Assembly (NCBI GenBank): GCA_030605765.1 | Contig: JAUWHP010000021.1 | Coordinates: 1-57,284 of the forward strand | Origin: Dehalococcoidia bacterium | GTDB lineage: Bacteria; Chloroflexota; Dehalococcoidia; GIF9; AB-539-J10 | Direction of reading: 5' to 3' | Length of the DNA stretch: 57,284 nt | Shown here: piece by piece, positions 19,126-27,899 of the stretch | Layout: the number at the start of each line of letters is the position of its first letter | Numbering within the stretch: the stretch's first letter is position 1 | Position numbers and translations under genes: made by a program | The notes under the pieces: generated by a model | Told to the model about the DNA's origin: nothing | Seen by the model: the letters and a program-made list of their open reading frames with translations, nothing else | Database searches by the model: none

Positions 19126-20278
19126 ACTAAGCCCTTATAAAGAAGCTACTGAGGTGATCGCTGAAGCTGGAGGCGATCCTCTTAAATTATGCTATCAATG
19201 TGGCCTTTGCACCGGTGTTTGCCCCTGGAATTTGGTTAGAAGCTTTATTGTGCGCCGCATTATACATGAAGCACAGATCGGGGCAACCGATTTTGGAGGC
19301 GAGGAGGCCTGGATTTGTGCCACCTGTAGGGCTTGCGTCCAGAGATGCCCCCGTGGTGTGGAGATAATCGATATTATGCGTGCTACGCGCCGAGCCGTAG
19401 TCAGTTTAGGTATTGGCGTTGTTCCCGATGCTCTCCGAATCTCAGCTAAGAATATTGCCGGCGCTGGCAATCCACTTGGCGAGGCACCAGAAAAGCGAGG
19501 TGACTGGGCCAAGGACATAAAGGTGAAGAAGTTCACCCCAAGCACCGAGATATTCTATTTCCCCTGCTGCATTCCTGCTTATGATCCTGATGTTAAGAGA
19601 GTATCTCAAGCTACCGCAACTATACTTAACAAGCTAGGAATCGATTTTGGCATTCTAGGCAGTGAGGAGAAATGCTGTGGCGAAGCAATCCGAAAGGCTG
19701 GCTATGAAGACACGTTTCTCAGCATGGCTCAATCTAATATTGATCTCTTTAATAACAACAGCGTTAAAACTGTGCTAGTTTCTTCCCCCCATTGCTACCA
19801 TACTTTTAAAAATGAATACCCTGAACTTGGAGGCAGATTTGAGGTAGTTCATATTACCCAGTATTTGGCCTCGCTCATTGAAGAAGGAAAGCTGAACTTC
19901 TCTAAAGAAATAAACAAAAAGGTAATCTATTCTGACCCCTGTTATCTGGGACGACACAACGGTGTATACGATGAACCAAGAAAGATATTGCAGAGTATTC
20001 CTGGTTTAGAATTAATTGAATTTCCTGATTCTCGCGAGGACGCTATTTGCTGTGGTGGTGGCGGCGGCAGAATTTGGATGGATACTGCAAAGGGGGAAAG
20101 ATTTTCCGATATAAGAGTAGAGCAAGCTCTTGAAAAAGGCGCTGGTATAATAGCCATGGCCTGCCCTTACTGCTTTCTCAATTATAGAGATAGTGTACTC
20201 AGTATGGACAAGGCTGAAGTTATTGAGGTTAAAGATATATCTGAGATTGTTGCTGAAGCGATGGGATGGAGGCAATAA
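19097..20278 (+). CDS. HdrC/HdrB-fusion (HdrD-like) Fe-S/CCG-domain protein
   Basis: CYQCGLCTGVCPW and CATCRACVQRCPRG (2x 4Fe-4S), then two CCG motifs (EKCCGEA, AICCGGGGG). The start is uncertain: the ORF is open from TTG 18920 through the transposase scar, and the first ATG is 19097. Confidence 0.75.
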   Translation: MACKKLGIEILSPYKEATEVIAEAGGDPLKLCYQCGLCTGVCPWNLVRSFIVRRIIHEAQIGATDFGGEEAWICATCRACVQRCPRGVEIIDIMRATRRAVVSLGIGVVPDALRISAKNIAGAGNPLGEAPEKRGDWAKDIKVKKFTPSTEIFYFPCCIPAYDPDVKRVSQATATILNKLGIDFGILGSEEKCCGEAIRKAGYEDTFLSMAQSNIDLFNNNSVKTVLVSSPHCYHTFKNEYPELGGRFEVVHITQYLASLIEEGKLNFSKEINKKVIYSDPCYLGRHNGVYDEPRKILQSIPGLELIEFPDSREDAICCGGGGGRIWMDTAKGERFSDIRVEQALEKGAGIIAMACPYCFLNYRDSVLSMDKAEVIEVKDISEIVAEAMGWRQ

Positions 20279-20327
20279 AATGGTCACTGTTTATCATATA
20301 GTTTAGTGTAGTTTCTTGGAGAGATAA

Positions 20328-20756
20328 ATGAAACAAGAATTAGGATGGGAACCCAAACTGCTGGGTTTCCTATGCCGCTGGTGCAGCTACGCAGGTGCCG
20401 ATTTGGCGGGGATTAGTCGTAAGAAATACCCGGCTAATATAGAAGTTATAAGAGTTCCCTGCTCAGGAAGGGTGGATCCTCTTTTCATCATTAAGGCACT
20501 ACGATTAGGTTTTGATGGAGTGTTAGTCTCAGGCTGCTATCCCGGCGATTGCCATTATCAAACGGGGAATTACCGTGCCCGAAGAAGGATGGCTATAACC
20601 AAAAAGTTCCTCGAATATATAGGCATTGAACCACAGCGGATTCAAGCTAGTTGGGTTTCAGCTTCAGAAGGAGGGAAGTTCGCCGAAGTCGTTACCGCAG
20701 TGACGAAAGAACTAAAGGAAATCGAGCACAATCAACTATTTGCCGATGAAAAATAA
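20328..20756 (+). CDS. MvhD-like (methyl-viologen-reducing hydrogenase delta / FloxD-like) protein
   Basis: LGFLCRWCSYAGADLAG...IRVPCSGRVDP..GCYPGDCHY is the MvhD-family Cys pattern. Confidence 0.75.
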   Translation: MKQELGWEPKLLGFLCRWCSYAGADLAGISRKKYPANIEVIRVPCSGRVDPLFIIKALRLGFDGVLVSGCYPGDCHYQTGNYRARRRMAITKKFLEYIGIEPQRIQASWVSASEGGKFAEVVTAVTKELKEIEHNQLFADEK

Positions 20757-21711
20757 CGAAATCCAACAAAGGTTGCGTCAAGAAGCTAAAACGTTGCTAG
20801 AGCAAGGGCAGGTTGAGTATATCGTCGGTTATGAGACAGGGAGCCTGAAGTTTACAACTACCCCCTTGCTGACCAAGAACAAAGACGATACTGACCGCTT
20901 AATAGTTAACCCATTCATTGTGAATAACCTGAGTGTATACCTGACCGAGATTAAGGGAAAGGTAGGCATTGTAGCTAAGGGATGTGACAGCCGCTCGGTC
21001 GTCAGCTTGATACAGGATAACAAGATAGCTAGAGAAGATATTGTAATTATGGGCATCCCTTGCCCTGGTTTGATTGATTTAAAGAAAGTAGAGCTTTTGC
21101 TGAGCAAAGACAGAGATGAACTGGGTAACATCACTAGAGACGAGGACAGAGTAGTGATAACAATTGATGGGAAGGGAAGAGATTTCCCAATCACGGAGGT
21201 CCTTTTCGATAACTGTCTTGAATGTCAGATTCCTACTCCTCAAGAATATGATATTCTTCTTGGTGAACCAACTACTCCAATTAGCGGCAATGTAAGTAAA
21301 CGGACAAACATAAAAGAACTGGAGGCGACGCCACGGGAAGAGCGGTGGAACTTCTGGAAAGAGGAATTTAGCCGCTGTATCAGATGCTACGCCTGCCGCA
21401 ATGTTTGCCCTGCCTGTTTTTGCCAGCGGTGCTTTGTCGAGGAAAGTGAGCCACAGTGGATACTACCAACTCCGAAGTGGCAAGATAATCTCATATTTCA
21501 AGTAATTAGAAATATCCATGTGGCGGGAAGGTGCACAGATTGCGGTGAATGTGAGCGTGTTTGCCCGATGAATATTCCGCTGAGAAGCCTGACAAGGAAA
21601 ATGTATGAGATAGTGGATGAACTATTCCAGTATAAGGCAGGAATGGATAAGAATGCATTGCCATTACTAACCGCCTATGAACCTACGGAGGCTGAGGATT
21701 TCATAAGGTAG
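20740..21711 (+). CDS. Iron-sulfur protein (FloxC / FrhB-like)
   Basis: Overlaps the previous gene by 17 nt. Contains CIRCYACRNVCPACFC and CTDCGECERVCP ferredoxin-type motifs. Confidence 0.6.
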   Translation: MPMKNNEIQQRLRQEAKTLLEQGQVEYIVGYETGSLKFTTTPLLTKNKDDTDRLIVNPFIVNNLSVYLTEIKGKVGIVAKGCDSRSVVSLIQDNKIAREDIVIMGIPCPGLIDLKKVELLLSKDRDELGNITRDEDRVVITIDGKGRDFPITEVLFDNCLECQIPTPQEYDILLGEPTTPISGNVSKRTNIKELEATPREERWNFWKEEFSRCIRCYACRNVCPACFCQRCFVEESEPQWILPTPKWQDNLIFQVIRNIHVAGRCTDCGECERVCPMNIPLRSLTRKMYEIVDELFQYKAGMDKNALPLLTAYEPTEAEDFIR

Positions 21712-21721
21712 GAGATAAATA

Positions 21722-22750
21722 GTGAGCGGCAGTAAGATAATAAACAAAAAAGACATAGGAAAACTCCTTAGCCAGTGGAATGAAGAATTTGTAATATTAG
21801 TGCCATCCAAGGAAGGTGATACTACCAAGATGGCTAAGTGGGATGGCAAAGATACCGGATTCATAGACTGGTATAGAAACACAGTACAAGCAAGCAAAAC
21901 TAACTTCTTTCCTCCCATGGAGGAAATGTTCAGTTTTCAAAAAGACAAGGAAGGCTACCATATAGGATTAGCATCATCAGACAAGCATAAGCAACTGATT
22001 TTTGCCATTCGTCCCTGCGATGCTAATGCACTGGCTATACTGGATGTGGCCTTTAAGGATGGCTATGAAGACCCATATTACCTTTCTCGAAGAAAAGATA
22101 CGCTACTAATCGGGCTCGGCTGTATTAACCCCTACGATAGTTGCTTCTGCACTTCTCTGGGAAGCAGCCCCTTTGACTCGACCAATGTCGATATTATGTT
22201 TACTGACATCGGTGAGGAGTTTTTCATTGAAGAGGTTACCGAGGCTGGCAAGGAACTAGTTGCCAAAACTGAGGGGCTACGAGAAGCAAGCAAGGTTGAT
22301 GAAGCTAAAGCTAGCAAAGTAAAAGAGGCATCCTACAATAAAGTAACCAGAAAGATAGATACCAGGGATATTGACAAGAAGCTATTAGCTTGCTTTGAGA
22401 ACAAAGACTACTGGGAGAAGGTATCTGCGAAGTGCATAAGCTGCGGCATCTGCACCTTTCTTTGCCCCACCTGTTATTGCTTTGATATCAACGATGAGTT
22501 AGTTAGAAAACAAGGGACAAGATTTAGAAGCTGGGATAGCTGTGCTTTCCCCATCTACACCGAGATGCCAGTGGAAAATCCCAGGCTGGAGAAGTGGCGG
22601 CGAGTGAGACAAAAGGTATGCCACAAATTTGAGTTCTTCCCCATGAACTTCGGCGTCGTAGCTTGCACTGGATGTGGAAGATGTATTCGCCTCTGTGGGG
22701 TAAACTGGGATATTACCCAGGCGATAGAGAGCGTGCCAGCTATAATATAG
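21722..22750 (+). CDS. Iron-sulfur protein (AsrA / sulfhydrogenase-beta / FloxB-like)
   Basis: CISCGICTFLCPTCYCFD and CTGCGRCIRLCG motifs; GTG start 10 nt after the preceding stop. Confidence 0.6.
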   Translation: MSGSKIINKKDIGKLLSQWNEEFVILVPSKEGDTTKMAKWDGKDTGFIDWYRNTVQASKTNFFPPMEEMFSFQKDKEGYHIGLASSDKHKQLIFAIRPCDANALAILDVAFKDGYEDPYYLSRRKDTLLIGLGCINPYDSCFCTSLGSSPFDSTNVDIMFTDIGEEFFIEEVTEAGKELVAKTEGLREASKVDEAKASKVKEASYNKVTRKIDTRDIDKKLLACFENKDYWEKVSAKCISCGICTFLCPTCYCFDINDELVRKQGTRFRSWDSCAFPIYTEMPVENPRLEKWRRVRQKVCHKFEFFPMNFGVVACTGCGRCIRLCGVNWDITQAIESVPAII

Positions 22751-22771
22751 TGCCACTACAAGGGAGCGAAA

Positions 22772-23644
22772 ATGACAGCCACTGATATTAGCCAGAGGAA
22801 AAGGTTTTTTGCCAATGGCAACATCTACTTGCCTCACATAGCGGTAATCGAGAAAATAATTGATGAAACCCCTGGCGTCAAAACCTTCCATTTCAACTTC
22901 AAGGATGAAAAACTGCGAAAGGAATTTGGTTTTCAGTCAGGACAATTCGCTGAGTATTCAATATTCGGTGTTGGCGAGGCCCCATTTTGTATTTCTTCCA
23001 GCCCAACGAGAAGAGACCATCTCGAATTTGCCGTACAACAAGTGGGCAAAGTAACTAATGCTTTACACAGACTTGGCCCTGGCGCTGAGATAGGCTGCAG
23101 AGGGCCTTATGGCAATGGCTTCCCCTTGGATTTCTTACAGGGCAAAAACCTTGTCTTTGTTGGCGGTGGTATCGGACTTGCGCCATTGAGATCATTGATC
23201 TGGAACGCAATTGACAATCGCGATAAATATGAAAATATAGACATTATTTACGGTGCTCGTAGTCCGCATGACCTATGCTTCAAGTATGACCTGGATGCAT
23301 GGGATAAAGATAAGACAATAAACATTGTAACCACTATTGACAAAGAGGATAAAAGCTGGGCTGGGAGAGTAGGCTTCGTTCCCAAAGTGGTGGAGGAAGT
23401 AGCTCCCTCAGCCAGTAACGCTGTAGCTATCGTGTGTGGGCCACCAATTATGATACGATTCACCTTCCCTGTTCTAGCAAAGCTGGGCTTCACTCCAGAG
23501 CAAATGATAACTACTCTGGAGAAAAGGATGAAGTGTGGCATAGGCAAGTGCGGGCGATGCAATATAGGCAATCTCTATGTATGCCGAGATGGGCCAGTGT
23601 TCACCTATGCCCAGATTAAAAACTTTGTCTCCAGCGAGTACTAG
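22772..23644 (+). CDS. FAD/NAD(P)-binding oxidoreductase with C-terminal 2Fe-2S (PyrK / AsrB / HydG / FloxA-like)
   Basis: Ferredoxin-reductase-type fold (FQSGQF, GGGIGLAPL) and C-terminal MKCGIGKCGRCNIG cluster motif. Confidence 0.75.
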   Translation: MTATDISQRKRFFANGNIYLPHIAVIEKIIDETPGVKTFHFNFKDEKLRKEFGFQSGQFAEYSIFGVGEAPFCISSSPTRRDHLEFAVQQVGKVTNALHRLGPGAEIGCRGPYGNGFPLDFLQGKNLVFVGGGIGLAPLRSLIWNAIDNRDKYENIDIIYGARSPHDLCFKYDLDAWDKDKTINIVTTIDKEDKSWAGRVGFVPKVVEEVAPSASNAVAIVCGPPIMIRFTFPVLAKLGFTPEQMITTLEKRMKCGIGKCGRCNIGNLYVCRDGPVFTYAQIKNFVSSEY

Positions 23645-23698
23645 GATGCCAACAAGGGAAGGCTATTAAAGGTACTTTAGCTCTCCGAGCTTTTCTTG

Positions 23699-25663
23699 TT
23701 AGACGAGCAATCCTTCCATTTGTGCCAGGATTTGCTCATTGGTAAAGTGATTAAGGCTTATGGCATCGCTGGGACAGGCGCTAACACAAGTACCACATCC
23801 TTTACACAAAGCTTCATTAACCCGACATACCTCCTTTTCCTCATCGAAGGAGATAGCGCTATAGGGGCAAATGAGTTTGCAGAACTGGCACCCAGAACAG
23901 TTCCTTTCATCGATAACCGCGGTAGCCGCTTCAATTTCAGTTTTGCCCTTACTAATCATAGCCAGGATCCGACCAGCAGCGGCTGAAGCTTGAGCCACAG
24001 TGTCAGGAATATCCTTGGGGCCCTGGCAGCAACCCACCACAAAGACGCCATCGGTTGTGGTAGCCACTGGATCTAACTTGGGGTGTCTCTCCATGAAAAA
24101 GCCGTCAGCACTTCGGTTAATATTGAACATCCGACTAACATTTTCTACATCTAGTTGCGGCTCCATAGCCGGGCATAGAATAACCATGTCTACTGGCACC
24201 CTTATTAATTTGCCCAACAAAGTATCCTCAGACACGAGGATCAGTTTGCCTTTCTCCTCCTCACTTACAGCACGGTCGGTAACCTGAGCCACCTTACCCC
24301 GTATAAAATTAGCACCCTCATCTGAGATGCGCTTATAGAATTCCTCGTATCCCTTACCAAAGCAGCGCATATCTATGTACATCTGATACACTTCAGCATT
24401 AATTTTCTCCCTTATCAAATGGGAATACTTGAGAGCGTACATACAGCATACCCGGGAGCAATACTCATGGTAGTTCTCATCTCGGCTGCCCACGCAGTGA
24501 ATAATGGCAATGCTTTGCGGAGTTGAACCATCCTTCAACCTAATAGCACCGTCTGTAGGGCCAAAGGAGCTAACCATTCTCTCAAACTCAAGGCTGTCGA
24601 GAACATTATCCAGCCGCTTGTAGCCATATTGATAGATATTGCTGGAATCAAATAAACTATAGCCAGTGGCTATGATTATAGAGCCCACTTCCAGTTCAAC
24701 AAATTCATCCACCTGCTCGAAGTCAATAGCCTTTGCCTCACAGATTTTCTCACAGAGGCGGCATTTGCCCTTCAGGAAGTAAACGCAATGCTCACGGTCA
24801 ATAACTGGTGTATTGGGCACTGCTTGTGGGAATGGGGTATAAATAGCCTTCCTCTTGCCTATGCCAGCTTCAAACTCGCTGTCTGCTTTCGCGGGACACT
24901 TTTCCTGGCACAAGCCACAGCCAGTGCACTTATCCTCATCGACGTACCTTGCCTTTTTCCGAACCTTGACCTTGAAATTACCAATATAGCCTGCAACCTC
25001 CTCCACTTCACTATAAGTCATTAATTCGATGTAGGGATGAGAGCCCACCAACGTCATTTTCGGCGTAAGAATACAAGACGAGCAATCCAGAGTAGGAAAT
25101 GTCTTATCCAACTGGCTCATATGCCCACCAATACTCGGAGTTCTCTCCACCAGATAGACTTTATGCTCAGAGTCAGCAATCTCTAGAGCAGCCTGAATAC
25201 CAGCAATGCCTCCACCTACTATCAGGGTACTAGGATTGACCGGAACTTCCTTAGCTGCCAGCGGTTGGTGGTAGTAAACCCGATTTACAGCAGCACTCAC
25301 TAAATCTTTGGATTTCTCTGTAGCTTCTTGTTTATCTTCAGTCACCCACGAACAGTGCTCTCGAATATTTGCCATCTCAAACAAATATGGATTTATCCCT
25401 GCCTCCTGGCAAACGCGACGAAAGGTAGGTTCATGCATTGTTGGAGAGCAGGCAGCAACAACCACACGATTAAGATGGAAGTCGCTAATATCCTTTTTGA
25501 TCAATTCCTGGCCTGGCTCAGAGCACATGAAACTGTAATCACGGGCCACTACCACAGAATCCAAACCTTGGGCAAACTGAGTAACTTGCTCCACATCAAC
25601 AGTGCTGGCAATATTACTGCCACAGTGACATACATAGACTCCAATCCTGGGTTCGCTCCACAT
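23699..25663 (-). CDS. hdrA: Heterodisulfide reductase subunit A family flavoprotein
   Basis: N-terminal IGVYVCHCGSNIA, FAD fold IVGGGIAGIQAALE, inserted CTGCGLCQEKCP, C-terminal CSGCQFCKLICP and CKGCGTCVSACP. 654 aa. Confidence 0.85.
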   Translation of the reverse strand: MWSEPRIGVYVCHCGSNIASTVDVEQVTQFAQGLDSVVVARDYSFMCSEPGQELIKKDISDFHLNRVVVAACSPTMHEPTFRRVCQEAGINPYLFEMANIREHCSWVTEDKQEATEKSKDLVSAAVNRVYYHQPLAAKEVPVNPSTLIVGGGIAGIQAALEIADSEHKVYLVERTPSIGGHMSQLDKTFPTLDCSSCILTPKMTLVGSHPYIELMTYSEVEEVAGYIGNFKVKVRKKARYVDEDKCTGCGLCQEKCPAKADSEFEAGIGKRKAIYTPFPQAVPNTPVIDREHCVYFLKGKCRLCEKICEAKAIDFEQVDEFVELEVGSIIIATGYSLFDSSNIYQYGYKRLDNVLDSLEFERMVSSFGPTDGAIRLKDGSTPQSIAIIHCVGSRDENYHEYCSRVCCMYALKYSHLIREKINAEVYQMYIDMRCFGKGYEEFYKRISDEGANFIRGKVAQVTDRAVSEEEKGKLILVSEDTLLGKLIRVPVDMVILCPAMEPQLDVENVSRMFNINRSADGFFMERHPKLDPVATTTDGVFVVGCCQGPKDIPDTVAQASAAAGRILAMISKGKTEIEAATAVIDERNCSGCQFCKLICPYSAISFDEEKEVCRVNEALCKGCGTCVSACPSDAISLNHFTNEQILAQMEGLLV

Positions 25664-25855
25664 ATTAGCCCCCCTAACTTCTTATTCCGCTAAATTAACA
25701 AACTATCGAAACAAATCGTGGCATATATCCATTCAATCAATGTCTTTATTATTTAGAACTAATACATTGCCCCTGAACTTCAATACACCATAAGGGAAAA
25801 TGGCGAGTTTTCCCTCTATCGCGCATTTCTCTGAGCGCTACTACTAACAATGTTA

Positions 25856-26860
25856 TCAACCAGCTAGTAATTCCTTTAGCTTCGTAGTAAAAGCGGGCAC
25901 GACTTCTTCGTAGCGGCCTACCACTCCGAAATTCGCCTCTCTAAATATATTCGCCTCTGGGTCTTTATTGATGGCTATGATAGTTTTTGAGCCAGAGCAA
26001 CCTGCAATGTGCTGGCTAGCTCCTGATATAGCTATGGCAATATAGATTTCTGGAGCAACTATCTTGCCTGTCAGGCCAACATGCATTGCTTCTGGTATCC
26101 AACCATTATCAGCAGGTGGTCGTGAAGCTCCTACTGCACCATGTAACACATCAGCTAATTCCTTTAACGTTGTTTTGAAAGGCTCAGGACCACCAATGCC
26201 TCTACCACCACCAACTATCACAGGGGCATCCTCAAGCTTAATGCCAGTTACCTCTTCTTTCACTTTTTCTACTATCTTTGTTTTTATTGGCGACATATTT
26301 ATTTCAATCTTTGTAGGTATGACCTCTCCCTTTCTCGAATCATCGCGCTCCCTTGGTGACATTGTTTTTGCCCTGATGGTAACTAACTGGGGCATGGCAT
26401 CGCAGATAAATATAGCTTGGGCATTACCTCCATACACAGGTTTTGTTTGCCTAAGCAGCTTTGTCTCCGAATCTACGCTTATATCAACACAATCTGTCGA
26501 TAAGCCAGTTCCCAATCTAAAGGCTAGGCGAGGGGCTAAGTCTCTACCTACAGGCGTTTGCCCCATAAGTATAACTCTAGGTGAAAGCTCTTTAGCCAGC
26601 CTTTCCACAACCTGTATGTAGGTCTCTCCTTGATATTCCTTGAGCAAAGAATCCTCTACCGTATAAACCTTATCTGCTCCAAAAACAATTGCGTCCCTTG
26701 GAGCCGTCTCACCTGTTTTGTCGCTAACCAGCAGGCAGCACAAATCCTCCTTTAGTTCGTCGGCGAAATTCCTACCGCAGCCTAATAATTCAGTAGTAAT
26801 AGAAGCTAACTTTCCGTTTGTTACTTCGCCAAAGATTAGCACACCTTTGTATTCAGCCAT
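25856..26860 (-). CDS. etfA: Electron transfer flavoprotein alpha (large) subunit
   Basis: C-terminal FAD motif PEIYIAIAISGASQHIAGCSGSKTIIAINKD; 334 aa. Confidence 0.85.
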   Translation of the reverse strand: MAEYKGVLIFGEVTNGKLASITTELLGCGRNFADELKEDLCCLLVSDKTGETAPRDAIVFGADKVYTVEDSLLKEYQGETYIQVVERLAKELSPRVILMGQTPVGRDLAPRLAFRLGTGLSTDCVDISVDSETKLLRQTKPVYGGNAQAIFICDAMPQLVTIRAKTMSPRERDDSRKGEVIPTKIEINMSPIKTKIVEKVKEEVTGIKLEDAPVIVGGGRGIGGPEPFKTTLKELADVLHGAVGASRPPADNGWIPEAMHVGLTGKIVAPEIYIAIAISGASQHIAGCSGSKTIIAINKDPEANIFREANFGVVGRYEEVVPAFTTKLKELLAG

Positions 26861-26876
26861 TGTTTCCTCCTCGGTT

Positions 26877-27686
26877 TCAAATTATCTTTGTCTCTCTAAG
26901 TTTTATGGCCAAATTAGCACCAGCTTCTGCTGGGCTTTCTCCTTCAACTATCTCACATTTAGCCTCCTTGGTTGGTTGAAAGAGTTTGACTAGCTTGACG
27001 CGTCTTCCAGCAGCACCAACTTGTGAAGGCTCAAGGCCTATATCGGCCGGCTTCCACACAATAGGTTGTTTTTTTGCTGCTGCCATAATTCCTTTCAGTG
27101 CTGCATAGCGCAAGTTGCCTAATTCACTTGTCACCGTAAGCATGGCAGGAAAACTTACTTCTGTGACTTGATAACCATCAGGAATGACCTGCTCCACTCT
27201 CGCTTTTCCATCAATGGCCTCTACCTTTCGGGCTAACGTTAAAGCAGGGATTGCCAGAATCTCAGCGATGCCTAAGCCAACTTGCCCTGCATCCCAATCA
27301 GAAGATTCTCTGCCACAGAATATAAGGTCATATTCTCCAATCTTCTTGATGGCCATTGCCAAAGCATAAGCAGTTGACCAACTATCACCTTCTTCAAAAG
27401 ACTCATCTTCGAGAAGGATCAGTTCGTCGCCACCTACAGCTAATGTTTTTTTTATCACATCACGAGCTATATTATTACCCAAACTAAGTACCGTGATCTT
27501 ACCCCCTGCCTTATCTTTAATCTTTAGAGCAGCCTCCATAGCGAATTCATCATATTGGCCAATCACAGGTTTTATATCTCGTGGCAAGCTTACTTTATTA
27601 GTCGCTGAGTCAACCTTAAACGCCGTTGGTGGCGCCTCAGGATCAGCCACTTGCTTACAGCAAACGACCATCTTTATATCAGGCAT
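26877..27686 (-). CDS. etfB: Electron transfer flavoprotein beta (small) subunit
   Basis: MVVCCKQVADPE.., DLIFCGRESSDWDAGQVG pattern; AGGAGG SD 7 nt upstream of the ATG. Confidence 0.85.
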   Translation of the reverse strand: MPDIKMVVCCKQVADPEAPPTAFKVDSATNKVSLPRDIKPVIGQYDEFAMEAALKIKDKAGGKITVLSLGNNIARDVIKKTLAVGGDELILLEDESFEEGDSWSTAYALAMAIKKIGEYDLIFCGRESSDWDAGQVGLGIAEILAIPALTLARKVEAIDGKARVEQVIPDGYQVTEVSFPAMLTVTSELGNLRYAALKGIMAAAKKQPIVWKPADIGLEPSQVGAAGRRVKLVKLFQPTKEAKCEIVEGESPAEAGANLAIKLRETKII

Positions 27687-27723
27687 TTCCTGGCCTCCTT
27701 ACATACGAATTTTCAAACGTCAG

Positions 27724-27750
27724 AGTATATCAAAATTTGACCTCTGTCAA
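27724..27750 (-). promoter_or_regulatory. Candidate etfB promoter with overlapping TTGAC-N4-GTCAA palindrome
   Basis: On the minus strand: TTGACA (27745-27750), a 15-nt spacer, then TATACT (27724-27729). The -35 hexamer is half of the palindrome at 27737-27750. The spacer is shorter than optimal. Confidence 0.35.
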
Positions 27751-27899
27751 TGACACGCTGGCTCTATGGCTAAGGTTTTTGGCCTAGACCCACAGGGTAA
27801 ACAGTTGTGACAAAGAGCCCATCCCATTTCCAATATGGTATACTGAGTTACCCGGAAGGAGGAGGCAAACGATGAGTTGGATGGGTAACAGGTGAGACG

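Noticed and set aside
23699-25663. Checked hdrA, mvhD-like and Fe-S genes for in-frame TGA (selenocysteine) or split ORFs.
   Set aside because: All are single uninterrupted ORFs of normal length, so there is no evidence for recoding.
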